Origin: a virus
Length of the DNA stretch: 64,000 bases
Virus record (IMG/VR): IMGVR_UViG_3300050821_005575
Location: 6,981 to 70,980 of that record
Reading direction: 5' to 3' (one strand)
This document shows, one piece after another, positions 48,147 through 57,639 of the stretch. Made by a program: the position numbers and the translations under genes. How positions within the stretch are numbered: the stretch's first letter is position 1; every line of letters starts with the position of its first letter. The notes under the pieces were generated by a model that worked only from the letters and a program-made list of their open reading frames with translations, was not told where the DNA came from and did not search any database.

Positions 48147-48401
48147 AAGACTCGGAGGATGAAATGACATGGCCGAGAAGCGAGAAGAAGCAATTCCGCC
48201 ATCGCCACCGCTGCAGGCATTGCAGGCGGGAATTCCTGTGTTGGGTGCCTCTGTGCCCTGGCGATCGGGAGTGCAGCAAGAAGCCGTGCCTGAGTCGTCG
48301 CGCTGCGGGTGCTGGGGCAAAGACGCTTGGCACCGGAAGTACGGAATGAAGCCGGGCGAAGTCTGTGTGAATTCGTAGAAGAACTGATTGGAAACTCATA
48401 G

Positions 48402-48545
48402 ATGATCTGCGCCAATAGGAAGTGCGCCAAGCCGTTCACGCCGGACAAGCCCTGGGGGAAGTATTGCTCCGAAAGTTGCGGGGACAAGGCTCGCCACCAG
48501 CGGTACTACCGGCGCAAGAAGAGGTCGGCACAGAAGGCAGATTGA
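48402..48545 (+). CDS. Zinc-finger mini-protein (below the track cutoff)
   Basis: CANRKC..F..KYCSESC; ends AQKAD* inside site 48528. Confidence 0.6.
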   Translation: MICANRKCAKPFTPDKPWGKYCSESCGDKARHQRYYRRKKRSAQKAD

Positions 48546-48560
48546 GTGCCAGGAGGGGAT

Positions 48561-48707
48561 ATGGAGTATGGGAAAAGGTGTCCGTGTAAGGTAGACCATA
48601 GAAAGGTGAAGTTGCGCTGTTCCTTGTGCGGCCATTTCAAGGAGCGCACGAAGAGGTGTCAATTTTACGAAATTCTTACAGCTTCCGTAGTGGCACAGAA
48701 GAGGTAA
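48561..48707 (+). CDS. Cys-rich mini-protein (below the track cutoff)
   Basis: AGGAGG RBS; ends AQKR* inside site 48693. Confidence 0.45.
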   Translation: MEYGKRCPCKVDHRKVKLRCSLCGHFKERTKRCQFYEILTASVVAQKR

Positions 48708-48709
48708 GA

Positions 48710-48805
48710 GTGCTGGTCGGAATTATCGTAGGTCTTGCTTACATTCTCGCTGGAGTTCTAGCTGAAGCGTGGGACCGCCAGGACGGGTTGGCACAGAAGA
48801 GGTAA
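48710..48805 (+). CDS. 31-aa membrane peptide (below the track cutoff)
   Basis: GTG in the right arm of site 48693; hydrophobic; ends AQKR* inside site 48791. Confidence 0.4.
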   Translation: MLVGIIVGLAYILAGVLAEAWDRQDGLAQKR

Positions 48806-48808
48806 AGA

Positions 48809-49051
48809 ATGCCGAAGACATTTAAGATTGACCCATGCTGGTTCGGAGAGCGAAAGGTCGTCTATGTCCGCGTAGAACTTCCGAGTCACAAGGACCGAGC
48901 CTCTACGGCGCACTTCGTCGTCTATGGACACTCGGTCGACAAAGTAGCCGACAAGGTCTTCAGTGCCCTAGCGAGAGAGTTCGGGTGGCATGGGGGCGGC
49001 CACCCAAGAGTCGGCCGGACGCCTAAGAAGAAGCTGGCACAGAAAAGGTGA
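48809..49051 (+). CDS. Hypothetical cassette protein
   Basis: ATG in site 48791, stop in site 49037. Confidence 0.6.
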   Translation: MPKTFKIDPCWFGERKVVYVRVELPSHKDRASTAHFVVYGHSVDKVADKVFSALAREFGWHGGGHPRVGRTPKKKLAQKR

Positions 49052-49054
49052 AGA

Positions 49055-49255
49055 GTGCATAAGATCTCGAAGATGATGGCGGCGATCATAGTCAAGAAGG
49101 ATGGCTCCGTCTGCTATACGATTCATGACGCCAAAGGAACTGTTGTGGCAGGTGGCGGAACTCGCCGTGGGAAGAATGCTCCAAAGGATCCGATCAAGAC
49201 GGCCTGCCAGAGCGTTGAGCGAATGCTTAGAGGACTTTTGGCACAGAAAGGCTGA
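49055..49255 (+). CDS. Hypothetical cassette protein
   Basis: GTG in site 49037, stop in site 49241. Confidence 0.55.
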   Translation: MHKISKMMAAIIVKKDGSVCYTIHDAKGTVVAGGGTRRGKNAPKDPIKTACQSVERMLRGLLAQKG

Positions 49256-49259
49256 AAGA

Positions 49260-49517
49260 GTGCCAAAAGAAGTCTACCTGAAAACCGGCTACTACGTCAT
49301 GTGGTACTCTCGCCGGAGCGAGGCTGGTCATCTTCGTCGCTGGCGCTCGGCGAGTAAGCACGGCCTTCTGATCTGCGTCGGCTGCGGCTTCTCCTGGCTG
49401 AAGGTGGCGACCGCGAAGATCAGTCTGGACGGAGAAGTCGAGTGCCGGGACAAGAGCGACTGCTTCCGGCGTCAGACGATGCGGATGAGAGTGAAGGGGG
49501 AAAATGATGGATCCTGA
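49260..49517 (+). CDS. Hypothetical Cys-containing protein
   Basis: GTG in the right arm of site 49241; CVGC..C..C. Confidence 0.5.
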   Translation: MPKEVYLKTGYYVMWYSRRSEAGHLRRWRSASKHGLLICVGCGFSWLKVATAKISLDGEVECRDKSDCFRRQTMRMRVKGENDGS

Positions 49518-49743
49518 TACTCCTGTAATCTGCGGCGACCACAACTACGTCGCATTCTCTCCGTGCCCGCGATGTGCGGCTATGACGGCGCCGCCACGGC
49601 CGGTCACCGCTACGTTCATTAGCCGAGTCGAAGTCGTTGCGAAATCAGACTTGAAACCATGGTGGATTCCTAAGATCGTTTTCATGTGGATGGCGAAAGT
49701 TGTTTCTAGGACGCAGGAAGTGAGATTAAAATAGAATATACCT

Positions 49744-50052
49744 ATGAAAGTAAAGATACTCCTGACAAAGGCGGAGCAGTCCGTCGGACTTCAGTACCTT
49801 CCGATGATCCCTGGCGACACCATCTACATCTTCGTTAGCCCTTCTCTCGGGGGTTACTTCCACTCCAGGAACGTGATAGGGCCGTTCGATCTGGTCTTCC
49901 TATCGTCGAGCCGTCAAGTTCTCTTTCAGAGAACCATGATCCCTCCGAACGATATCGTCGCGACTCCTCCTGGCGCCGCGTGGGCCCTGGAGGCGAAGCC
50001 TGGGGTGCTGCAGCGGTTCATCGTTCAAGGTAAGTTCACGCTGAGCTTCTGA
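49744..50052 (+). CDS. DUF192-like protein
   Basis: GLQY..F..NV..PFDLVFL..ALE pattern. Confidence 0.55.
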   Translation: MKVKILLTKAEQSVGLQYLPMIPGDTIYIFVSPSLGGYFHSRNVIGPFDLVFLSSSRQVLFQRTMIPPNDIVATPPGAAWALEAKPGVLQRFIVQGKFTLSF

Positions 50053-50300
50053 TGCCGAAGGAGATCCTCGTCTACCGCGGCTGGATCGGCGCGAAGGAGT
50101 TCGATCGTGCCGAGCTGGAGAAGATGGGGATCGAGCTCGGCCGCTGGAATCCGGAAGGAGCGTTCGACTACGTGTCGATGACGGCTGACGTGTACGCCGT
50201 CTTCACGAAGCGCTGGAAGGGTCGCGGGGTCTGGGGACTGATCGGCAAGCGGGAGCTCGTCTACTCGAAGACCGAGGACGACATCGACATCCCGTTCTGA
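50052..50300 (+). CDS. Hypothetical protein ending DDIDIPF
   Basis: TGATG coupling; SSB-like acidic tip. Confidence 0.55.
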   Translation: MPKEILVYRGWIGAKEFDRAELEKMGIELGRWNPEGAFDYVSMTADVYAVFTKRWKGRGVWGLIGKRELVYSKTEDDIDIPF

Positions 50301-50308
50301 ATCAGATC

Positions 50309-50638
50309 GTGTACACGATGACTTCTACGGGCTGGAAGTTCTCGGCGCACGCCGCCGAGCGTCTCGCGAAACGGTTGAGGCTTATCCTGGATATGCGGGT
50401 TGAGGCCGAGATCTCGCGGATGCTCGACTCGGCCCAGGCGAAGCCGGTAAAGCTGAACTACGGCCGGTCCCTGTACCAGATCCCGGTCATGGGTGTCAAC
50501 GTGATCGCGGTCTGCAATACTCGGGAGCGCATCGTCATCACGTTCATGGACGCGGAGAGATGGAACACGAAGTTCAAGCGCCGAACCAAACGCGACGACA
50601 AGTTCCGCCCTAAGGGCGGATTCGACGAGGAGGAGTAG
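50309..50638 (+). CDS. Hypothetical protein, weakly RelE/DUF4258-like
   Basis: FSAHAAERL...IVITF. Confidence 0.5.
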   Translation: MYTMTSTGWKFSAHAAERLAKRLRLILDMRVEAEISRMLDSAQAKPVKLNYGRSLYQIPVMGVNVIAVCNTRERIVITFMDAERWNTKFKRRTKRDDKFRPKGGFDEEE

Positions 50639-50681
50639 TACTGGACAGGTCGGAATCCAGTCTGCATACTATTAGACTACT

Positions 50682-51200
50682 GTGCCGAACGAACGGGAAG
50701 AGATCAGAAGGGCGATTGCTCTTGCAGAGCAGAAAGCGAAGGAGAGACTGATGCGTGGATCCCCGGCATTCCTTCCAGGCTCGTCGTACGTCGCCGGATT
50801 CAGTGAGGAGCCGTCGGTCGTCGTCTCAGTCCAGAAGCTCGGGAACGGGTACATGCTGGACCTCCGGACGAACCCGAAGCGCCCGCCTCTCCCGCGTCCC
50901 GTCCACGTCCCGAGCCCGTTCGCCGGTCAGGATCCCGACGAGTTGATCGACCGGATGATCGACGGCCTCGGCTCACTGGTCCGGTCCATCAACGACAAAG
51001 GGGCGGGAGAGCACTGGAAGGACGAGGACGACCGGAGGCAGGTCCGGGAAGCCTTCCGGATCATGTTCCCCGGCCTGACGAGCAGCGTCGATCGGCTGGT
51101 CTCCGACGAGCCGGAGCCGACCTACGAGGAGCCGCGGCACGAGCAACTCGTCTTCGAGACGAAGGAGAAGCTCTTCGAGTATCTGACGAAGAGCCTGTAG
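50682..51200 (+). CDS. Hypothetical protein
   Basis: GTG start in the right arm of site 50664. Confidence 0.6.
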   Translation: MPNEREEIRRAIALAEQKAKERLMRGSPAFLPGSSYVAGFSEEPSVVVSVQKLGNGYMLDLRTNPKRPPLPRPVHVPSPFAGQDPDELIDRMIDGLGSLVRSINDKGAGEHWKDEDDRRQVREAFRIMFPGLTSSVDRLVSDEPEPTYEEPRHEQLVFETKEKLFEYLTKSL

Positions 51201-51231
51201 TCGGCGCGGCATCGGGAAGAAGGAGAGGGTC

Positions 51232-51795
51232 GTGGACTTCCATCTAGAACGAATCTCGGTAGGTCGATTTAGATTTATCGTTGACAGAGAACCTCAACAG
51301 TTCGGATTCTGTCGGTGTGGCTGCGGCCTAAAGACGGACATAGCTACATACAACGTACCGGGTAAAACTATTAAAGGTCAGCCTTTAAGGTACCGGTCCG
51401 GTCACGGAGCGATGGCAAAAAAAACTGAGAAAGAAGTTGTACTGAAAGGTACGTGCCTCGTTTGGATGGGAGTTAGAAGTAGCGAGGGGTACGCGATTGT
51501 CGGCCATGTGTATATCCACACACTTTTATACGAAAAATTAACCGGTCGCATTCCTGATGGCCTTGAGCTAGATCATCTCTGTCGAAATAGGTTTTGTATA
51601 AATCCAAGACACGTCGAGCCTGTGTCCCGTGCCGAAAACTGCAGAAGAGGTGATGGGACAAAACTTACGTATTCAGATGTCGCTCAAATAAAAAGCATGA
51701 GAGAAAGAGGGGTAACCTTAAAAACAATAGCGAAAATATTCAGCGTTGGGCATCCACACGTTTCTAGGATCTGCTCTGGAAAGGTATGGAAATGA
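51232..51795 (+). CDS. HNH homing endonuclease with C-terminal HTH
   Basis: LELDHLCRNRFCINPRHVEPV..EN; AT-rich. Confidence 0.88.
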   Translation: MDFHLERISVGRFRFIVDREPQQFGFCRCGCGLKTDIATYNVPGKTIKGQPLRYRSGHGAMAKKTEKEVVLKGTCLVWMGVRSSEGYAIVGHVYIHTLLYEKLTGRIPDGLELDHLCRNRFCINPRHVEPVSRAENCRRGDGTKLTYSDVAQIKSMRERGVTLKTIAKIFSVGHPHVSRICSGKVWK

Positions 51796-52277
51796 GCGGA
51801 GGATTCGGAGAGCGGATAACAATGATCTGCGCTGTTTGCAGCTCCGCCCATCACGATAGCAGTAAAGAGGTCTACGTTCACGATGCGCAGACAGGGGCTT
51901 ATAGGAAGGCGATTTGTCCGCTATGCGTCTGTCTTGATTGCTGCCAACTCCACAACGACCCGATCCGATCGAAGATCCGGCCGCTGATGATGGGCCAGAC
52001 GCTCGCGCAGCAGTACCACCTGACCGTCGACGAGCACCTGCCTGGACAGCCTGCACGGAAACGGAACATCACGATCAAGGCGCCCGGTCCGCTCAACGTC
52101 CCGGAGGCGATCAAAGCGATGGGGGACCTGATGGGCCTGCAGGGTCCGGAGGCGCCTCCCCGCCACAACCTACAGCAGTCTGTTCCCTGTAACTGTAGTA
52201 AGAATGCCGTTTCGAAGTGCATCGCCTGCGAGATGCCGCTCTGTATCAAGTGCCTGAAGACTCATGACTGTGGATAA
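51792..52277 (+). CDS. Multi-zinc-finger hypothetical protein
   Basis: Several CxxC motifs; B-box-like C-terminus. Confidence 0.55.
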   Translation: MSGGFGERITMICAVCSSAHHDSSKEVYVHDAQTGAYRKAICPLCVCLDCCQLHNDPIRSKIRPLMMGQTLAQQYHLTVDEHLPGQPARKRNITIKAPGPLNVPEAIKAMGDLMGLQGPEAPPRHNLQQSVPCNCSKNAVSKCIACEMPLCIKCLKTHDCG

Positions 52278-52298
52278 TTCTCAAAGGAGGATCTGACG

Positions 52299-52643
52299 AT
52301 GGACAGCGGCGTGACTTTCCTGATGACCCCGCTCCCCGGACAGCGGATCGTCGATGGCAAGGATCCGGACGACTGGGAGGACGGCTCGGTCCTGGCGCTC
52401 CGGAAGGGTGGCGACGAGGTCCTGTTCGCCTCCTGGGAGGTCGAAAATCCGAAGGGGATGACCTGGATCCCGGTCGGCGAGTTCTCGCCGGATCCGGAGT
52501 CGGTCCAGCCGCCGAACCTCGAGCGCGAGGAGGAGCACCTGGAGCCGCCCGCCGACGAGACCGGCGCATCGGAGCGTCCGTCCGCGGCCGGTCCGTTCGG
52601 ACGTGGCTCCGGCAGCCTCCGGCGCCGTCCGGGGGTGGAGTAG
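52299..52643 (+). CDS. Hypothetical protein
   Basis: AGGAGG RBS. Confidence 0.55.
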   Translation: MDSGVTFLMTPLPGQRIVDGKDPDDWEDGSVLALRKGGDEVLFASWEVENPKGMTWIPVGEFSPDPESVQPPNLEREEEHLEPPADETGASERPSAAGPFGRGSGSLRRRPGVE

Positions 52644-52646
52644 ACC

Positions 52647-53030
52647 ATGGGCAAGAAGGGCAAGCCGGAGGAGTCCGAGCAGTTCGAGGTCTGGATCTCC
52701 TCGGTCAAGGGTTGGTTCCGCGTCGAGGAGAACGGAAACGAAGGTGTCTTCGTCAGCAAGAACCGGGCGATGCTGCTGGCGGAGTCGAAGTCTCACGGCG
52801 AGGAGGTCGTCGAGACCATGGTCATCTCCCGTCGGCCGATCGCCGTCTTCAACGGCGAGGCGATTGCCGTCAAACACCGTCTGGCCGCCGTTGGGAAGAA
52901 GGAGACAAGCAATGCCGAGGTTCACAGCGGTCGTAAGGATCAGGTCGACGTTCCGGAAGCCCGCCCTACAGACCAACCTGAAACCGGTCCTGGTGGGGCC
53001 GGACGGGAAGGAGCTCCCGAAGGACGATAG
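52647..53030 (+). CDS. Hypothetical protein
   Basis: GGAG RBS. Confidence 0.5.
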   Translation: MGKKGKPEESEQFEVWISSVKGWFRVEENGNEGVFVSKNRAMLLAESKSHGEEVVETMVISRRPIAVFNGEAIAVKHRLAAVGKKETSNAEVHSGRKDQVDVPEARPTDQPETGPGGAGREGAPEGR

Positions 53031-53271
53031 CGGTGCCTACATCGGCACCGGCACGCAGAAGTTCGAGAAGACGGAGACGGACTCGACGCACGACCCCCTG
53101 ACCGACGAGGCCGGGAACATCGTGACGGCCGGGAACCCCGACGCGCTCCTCCGGAAGGTGAAGGAACACTTCGCCGCGGACGAGTTCGAGAACGTCAAGG
53201 TCCTGGAGGTCTCGATCCAGGAGACCCTGACCATGAAGCATGTGACCGGTGAGGAGCTCGCGAAGCTGTGA
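52912..53271 (+). CDS. Hypothetical protein
   Basis: AAGGAG RBS before ATG 52912. Confidence 0.55.
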   Translation: MPRFTAVVRIRSTFRKPALQTNLKPVLVGPDGKELPKDDSGAYIGTGTQKFEKTETDSTHDPLTDEAGNIVTAGNPDALLRKVKEHFAADEFENVKVLEVSIQETLTMKHVTGEELAKL

Positions 53272-53682
53272 TCGGGGGAACCGTGACAAACCCGTCCGGA
53301 CTTACTAAGGATCCGATCGAAGGCGATGTTCCGGTCGCCTGCACGGTCTCAGGCGCCGTCTACACGCTCCGGAAGGTCGTCGGCGGGGAGACGCCGAAGG
53401 AGCTGGAGGTCGCCCTGCGCGGCCTCGAACGGGACGGCGTCAACATGCGCTTCGTCGGCGTCCCCTGCTCGGACTGCCGGTTCACGGTCTCGACGGACCG
53501 GGACCTCGGCAAGCGCTCGACCTGCGAGTACCGGCCCCTCCGCGGGCCTCTGTACGTCCCCAGACAGACCGGAGCCCTGCCTACCCAGGAACGGGGCTCC
53601 CCACCCCTCTCCTAACGCCAGGAGGGGCCCGGCCTTACACGGGCCCCTCCGGCGGCGTCAGGGGTGGGGTATTGGAGGTTAA

Positions 53683-54132
53683 ATGAAGAAAGTCCAGCTA
53701 AGGAAGAGCGATCTCTTCGCCCTAGTGGATGATGAGGACTACGATCGAGTCTCGAAGTATAGGTGGACTCTTGAGATCCGAAAGAATGGCCTTCGGTACG
53801 CCAGGGCATCCGTCTCCGGAAAGGTTATTCGACTCCATAGATTCATCTTGAACCTACGTCCAGGCGTCGGCAGTGTCGATCATGAGGACGGAGACGGACT
53901 CAATAACACGAAGAAGAACCTACTGGAGACCACAAGGGCGGAAAACGTCCGGAATGGAAGAGTCCATAGCGACTCAACCTCAAGGTATAAAGGGGTCCTC
54001 CGGGTGAAGTTGAGATGGATGGCTAAGCTAATCCTTGGGACGTTCGATACAGAAGAGGAAGCTGCGGCGGCCTACAGGAAAGCATTCCAGGCGTACTTCG
54101 GACGCCCTCCCAGGTACCCATCTAAGGGGTAA
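53683..54132 (+). CDS. HNH endonuclease with AP2-like domain
   Basis: ALVDDED..LHRFI..VDHEDGDGLNN..NL; SRYKGV..LGTFDTEEEAA. Confidence 0.88.
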   Translation: MKKVQLRKSDLFALVDDEDYDRVSKYRWTLEIRKNGLRYARASVSGKVIRLHRFILNLRPGVGSVDHEDGDGLNNTKKNLLETTRAENVRNGRVHSDSTSRYKGVLRVKLRWMAKLILGTFDTEEEAAAAYRKAFQAYFGRPPRYPSKG

Positions 54133-54190
54133 ATACCCCCTCTAGGGATGCACACAACTCTCATTGTGTGCAATATTCCGTTTTTTCGCC

Positions 54191-54219
54191 TTGACTACTG
54201 TACAGTAGTCGTATATAAT
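54191..54219 (+). promoter_or_regulatory. Sigma70 promoter with overlapping 18-bp perfect palindrome (putative operator)
   Basis: TTGACT-N17-TATAAT; GACTACTGTACAGTAGTC at 54193-54210. Confidence 0.7.
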
Positions 54220-54225
54220 CTGGTC

Positions 54226-54831
54226 ATGACGAAGAAGGAGGTCCCCGTGAAGGCGGTCAAGATCAACCGGGAGGCGTGGCTCCGGGCGGCCTACGCGCTC
54301 CTCCGGAGGAAGCTCCTGAAGGAGGCGCCGGAGCAGGTCGCGCTCTCCTGGTCCTTCCCAGCCAAGGGCGGCACCTCGGCGAACCGGCGCCGGATCGGCG
54401 AGTGTCACTACAAGGGCGGCTCGGCCGACGGCGCGATCGAGGGCGACCGGGTCATCCTGATCTCGCCGACGCTGAAGTCGCCCCTGGAGCTCATCGAGAC
54501 CCTCCTGCACGAGATGGTCCACGCGGCCCTGCCGATGGGCTGCGGCCACCGGAAGCAGTTCTCCCGCCTCGCGGCCCGGGTCGGCCTCGTGAAGCCCTGG
54601 ACGGCCACCAAGGCCTCGCCGGAGCTCGCGAAGCGGATTGAGGGTGAGTTCCTGCCCGCCCTGCCCGCGTGGCCCGGCGGCCACCTCGTCATCCAGGCGA
54701 CCCAGAAGAACCGCCAGCTGAAGGGCGTCTGCGAGTGCGAGCGGATCATCCGGGGTTCGGCTAAGCTCTTCGAGGCCGGACCGATCATCTGCGGCCTCTG
54801 CGAGGCGCCCTTCGAGCTGGAGGCGAAGTAG
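54226..54831 (+). CDS. SprT-like zinc metalloprotease
   Basis: TLLHEMVH..GH..F; C-terminal CEC..CGLC. Confidence 0.8.
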   Translation: MTKKEVPVKAVKINREAWLRAAYALLRRKLLKEAPEQVALSWSFPAKGGTSANRRRIGECHYKGGSADGAIEGDRVILISPTLKSPLELIETLLHEMVHAALPMGCGHRKQFSRLAARVGLVKPWTATKASPELAKRIEGEFLPALPAWPGGHLVIQATQKNRQLKGVCECERIIRGSAKLFEAGPIICGLCEAPFELEAK

Positions 54832-54833
54832 AC

Positions 54834-55310
54834 GTGTACACGGACAGATCCCTAGGTCTTGCGATTCGATTCTGGATGCACGTTCAGGTGTCAACGACGA
54901 ACGCCTGCTGGCTCTGGACGGCCTCAACGGTAAAGGGATACGGACAGATCGGAGCTGGTGGCACGGGCGGAAGGATGTTGAAGGCTCACAGGGTCTCCTG
55001 GGAGATGCATAACGGTCAGATTCTGGATGGGATGGGCGTTCTCCATAGTTGCGACACCCCCCTCTGCGTCAATCCGAAGCATCTTTTCCTTGGAACAACG
55101 GCTGATAACAATAAGGACATGGTCGAGAAGGGGAGGCAGGTAAGAGGGTCTCGTGTGGCCCATAAGACCAGCTTGACCGAGGCTAAGGTTTTAGAGATGA
55201 AGCTACTCCTTAAGATTGGACAGATCAGATCTGAGATCTCTAAGAAGTTCAACGTTACGATGAACGTGGTCAATGAGATAGCCAGCGGAAGAACGTGGAG
55301 GCATGTATGA
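54834..55310 (+). CDS. HNH homing endonuclease
   Basis: CWLW..GYG..AHRVSW..VLHSCDTPLCVNPKHL..N..DM..KGR. Confidence 0.9.
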   Translation: MYTDRSLGLAIRFWMHVQVSTTNACWLWTASTVKGYGQIGAGGTGGRMLKAHRVSWEMHNGQILDGMGVLHSCDTPLCVNPKHLFLGTTADNNKDMVEKGRQVRGSRVAHKTSLTEAKVLEMKLLLKIGQIRSEISKKFNVTMNVVNEIASGRTWRHV

Positions 55311-55729
55311 TGACGGAAATCAGGTCTCCTAAACTGTTTAACGGAAAATACACCGTCGAGTCCAAGGCGACCGGCGAGCACCGGACCTTCTGGGTCCGAA
55401 CGCAGCCCACGGACGCCGAGTTCGCGCCCGGCAAGCGCGTCCTGGGGCTCCTGACCGGCACGCAGAACGACGACCCGGACCACTACACCGGCTTCGCCTT
55501 CGTCGACGACAGCGGGATCCACGTCTGGCGCTCGAAGGCCGAGAAGTCCCCGCTCTGGGGGCAGTACGCCGACCTGCTCTGGACGCTGGCCCTGGACGGT
55601 GCCCTATCGCCCTGGGCCGACAAAGGCTTCACGATCCTCATGGAGGGCGCCTGCGTGCGCTGCAATCGACCCCTGACCAACCCTCAGTCGATCAAGACCG
55701 GGATCGGACCGATTTGCGAGGGCCTGTAG
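55307..55729 (+). CDS. DUF6011-like protein
   Basis: CVRCNRPLTNPQSIKTGIGPIC. Confidence 0.8.
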   Translation: MMTEIRSPKLFNGKYTVESKATGEHRTFWVRTQPTDAEFAPGKRVLGLLTGTQNDDPDHYTGFAFVDDSGIHVWRSKAEKSPLWGQYADLLWTLALDGALSPWADKGFTILMEGACVRCNRPLTNPQSIKTGIGPICEGL

Positions 55730-55910
55730 GAGGAATTATGGTCGTGAGAAAAGGTGGCCCTAAGCACTTCTTCGATGGTCATTCAGACCCGGAGTGGATG
55801 GCGATGGCTATGTGGTGGGCTCTCACAAGATCGGAGACGTGCCACCTGCCTATCCGTCGTCCGATGCGCTGCACCTACATGTGGATGTGTTTGAATTGAA
55901 GGAGGAGACC

Positions 55911-56117
55911 ATGTTCTGCGCCACCTGCGTCAGCTACCCGAACCACGTCAGCTTCGCCGCCGAGGTGATCGCCGACGACTACGGCAAGTTCTGCGGCAAC
56001 GGCCTGCGCTTCGCCAGCCCGGACGAGGCGAAGGCGTACGCCAAGGACCTCTTCTCGCGCTGGACCGCCGTCCGGTCCTGGCGCGTCGTCCCGTCGACGG
56101 ATCCCGTGAATCAGTAG
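55911..56117 (+). CDS. Small phage hypothetical protein
   Basis: AAGGAGG RBS; NGLRFA..EA..Y..DL..RW. Confidence 0.65.
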   Translation: MFCATCVSYPNHVSFAAEVIADDYGKFCGNGLRFASPDEAKAYAKDLFSRWTAVRSWRVVPSTDPVNQ

Positions 56118-56130
56118 AAGGAGGAGCCAG

Positions 56131-56460
56131 ATGTCGTTTCCGCCGATTGTCCGCCGCGCGATCCTCGACCGCCAGCCATCCAGGCGTCGCCGCACACAGC
56201 CCGGGTCGACCGTCACCTCGGTCGTCGTCCGGCTCGCCGTCGCTCCGGAGCGGGTCCGACTGTTCAAGATCGACGCGCGTTACCGTCAGCTCAACCTGAG
56301 CACCAAGGAGCTGTCCTGTCTGCAGCCGATCCAGATCACGCTCTTCTGGAATCGCTACGCGTGCCGGTCCGTCCGGCTGATCATCAATCAGCGCCGGGCG
56401 TACCTGCTGTCGGTCACGGAGACCGGAATCGTCGTCTTCTCGTACTCGAAGATCTCTTAG
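56131..56460 (+). CDS. Hypothetical basic protein
   Basis: AAGGAGG RBS. Confidence 0.55.
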   Translation: MSFPPIVRRAILDRQPSRRRRTQPGSTVTSVVVRLAVAPERVRLFKIDARYRQLNLSTKELSCLQPIQITLFWNRYACRSVRLIINQRRAYLLSVTETGIVVFSYSKIS

Positions 56461-56594
56461 GATGTGGCTATGATCCAGGTGATGATGCTCTGCTGGGCGA
56501 ACGGACACGTCGGGGCGGGTGCCCCGCTGGTCCTCCTGGCAGCGGTCCTGCTCGTCGTCGCGCTGCTCGGCAGCATGTCGCGCGAGGAGGGCTC

Positions 56595-56909
56595 ATGAGG
56601 TTATCCGACGTCAACCCCGCGAAGTGCCCGCACCTGTACGCCGCCCTGAAGCGCGGCCAGGAGCGCCAGTACGAGGGCTGGGCGCGTGTCGCCGAGCTGC
56701 GCCGGTCCGGACAGGAGGACGCGGCCGGTCGCCTCGTCCGGAAGCTGCTCGGCGTCCATGGGCCGCCGATGCCGGAGGAGGTCAAGGAGAAGCTCCGCCG
56801 GTACAACGAGGAGCACCGGGACGAGATCCGCGAGAGGCGTCTGCAGGCCGTCGCGACGCGCCGCCGGACGCTGGCGCTCCTGACGACGGGAAGGAGGATC
56901 GGACGTTGA
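56595..56909 (+). CDS. Hypothetical protein
   Basis: GGAGG RBS before ATG 56595. Confidence 0.55.
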   Translation: MRLSDVNPAKCPHLYAALKRGQERQYEGWARVAELRRSGQEDAAGRLVRKLLGVHGPPMPEEVKEKLRRYNEEHRDEIRERRLQAVATRRRTLALLTTGRRIGR

Positions 56910-57046
56910 TCGAGACGAAGCTGAAGTGGACGGTCTACGTCGGCGGTCGCCTGCTCGATGTCATGACCGACGAGCAGGTCGAGGAGATGATCCAGACCTG
57001 GAAGGTGATCCTGATCGACGCGCGACGTGGGCTGATTGAGTTTTGA

Positions 57047-57538
57047 ATGAGCAAGAAAAGGTACGAGGTAATGCCTCTCGAGCTTCGAATGCTTCGGTAT
57101 ATCGACTTCACGTCGACGTGCTGGAACTCAATGAAGGTCCCGACTGATCGTGGTTATACGCAGATCGGAACAGTTGACCAGTCGAAGCCTCCCGGGTCAT
57201 ACCACAAACTCAAGATGTTTCACGTCGCTGTCTGGGAGATCCTTAAAGGAAAGATTAAGGAAGGTCTTCAGTTAGATCACCTATGCCGAAATCCTCGCTG
57301 TGTCAACCCGAAGCATCTTGAGCCTGTAACTCCAAGGGTAAACACGCTTAGAAGTCTCGCTCCATCCGCCTTCAATTCGAGAAAGACGAAGTGTCTTCTT
57401 GGGCACCCATTCAATAGGGAAAACACCTACCGATATCGTGGGTATCGAGCATGTAAGATTTGCAGAAGAAGGCAGCTTAGAGAATCAAGACAAAGAAAAC
57501 TCTACAGGACTGTAAAGGAGGGGATGCGCCCCTGCTGA
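57047..57538 (+). CDS. HNH homing endonuclease
   Basis: LDHLCRNPRCVNPKHLEPVT..N..KTKC..GH..CKIC. Confidence 0.9.
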   Translation: MSKKRYEVMPLELRMLRYIDFTSTCWNSMKVPTDRGYTQIGTVDQSKPPGSYHKLKMFHVAVWEILKGKIKEGLQLDHLCRNPRCVNPKHLEPVTPRVNTLRSLAPSAFNSRKTKCLLGHPFNRENTYRYRGYRACKICRRRQLRESRQRKLYRTVKEGMRPC

Positions 57539-57639
57539 GCGGTAACCCCTCTCTATCCGGGCCGGAGCACTTCGCTCCGGCCCTCCTCGCGGGCGGCCCG
57601 AGTGGACCGTCCACGAGGAATGAAGGAGGAGTTATAGCT

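Noticed and set aside
48528-49263. CRISPR array reading of the clustered GGCACAGAA repeats
   Set aside because: Spacing is irregular (about 100-250 bp), the intervening DNA is coding, the repeat centre varies, and no cas genes are visible.
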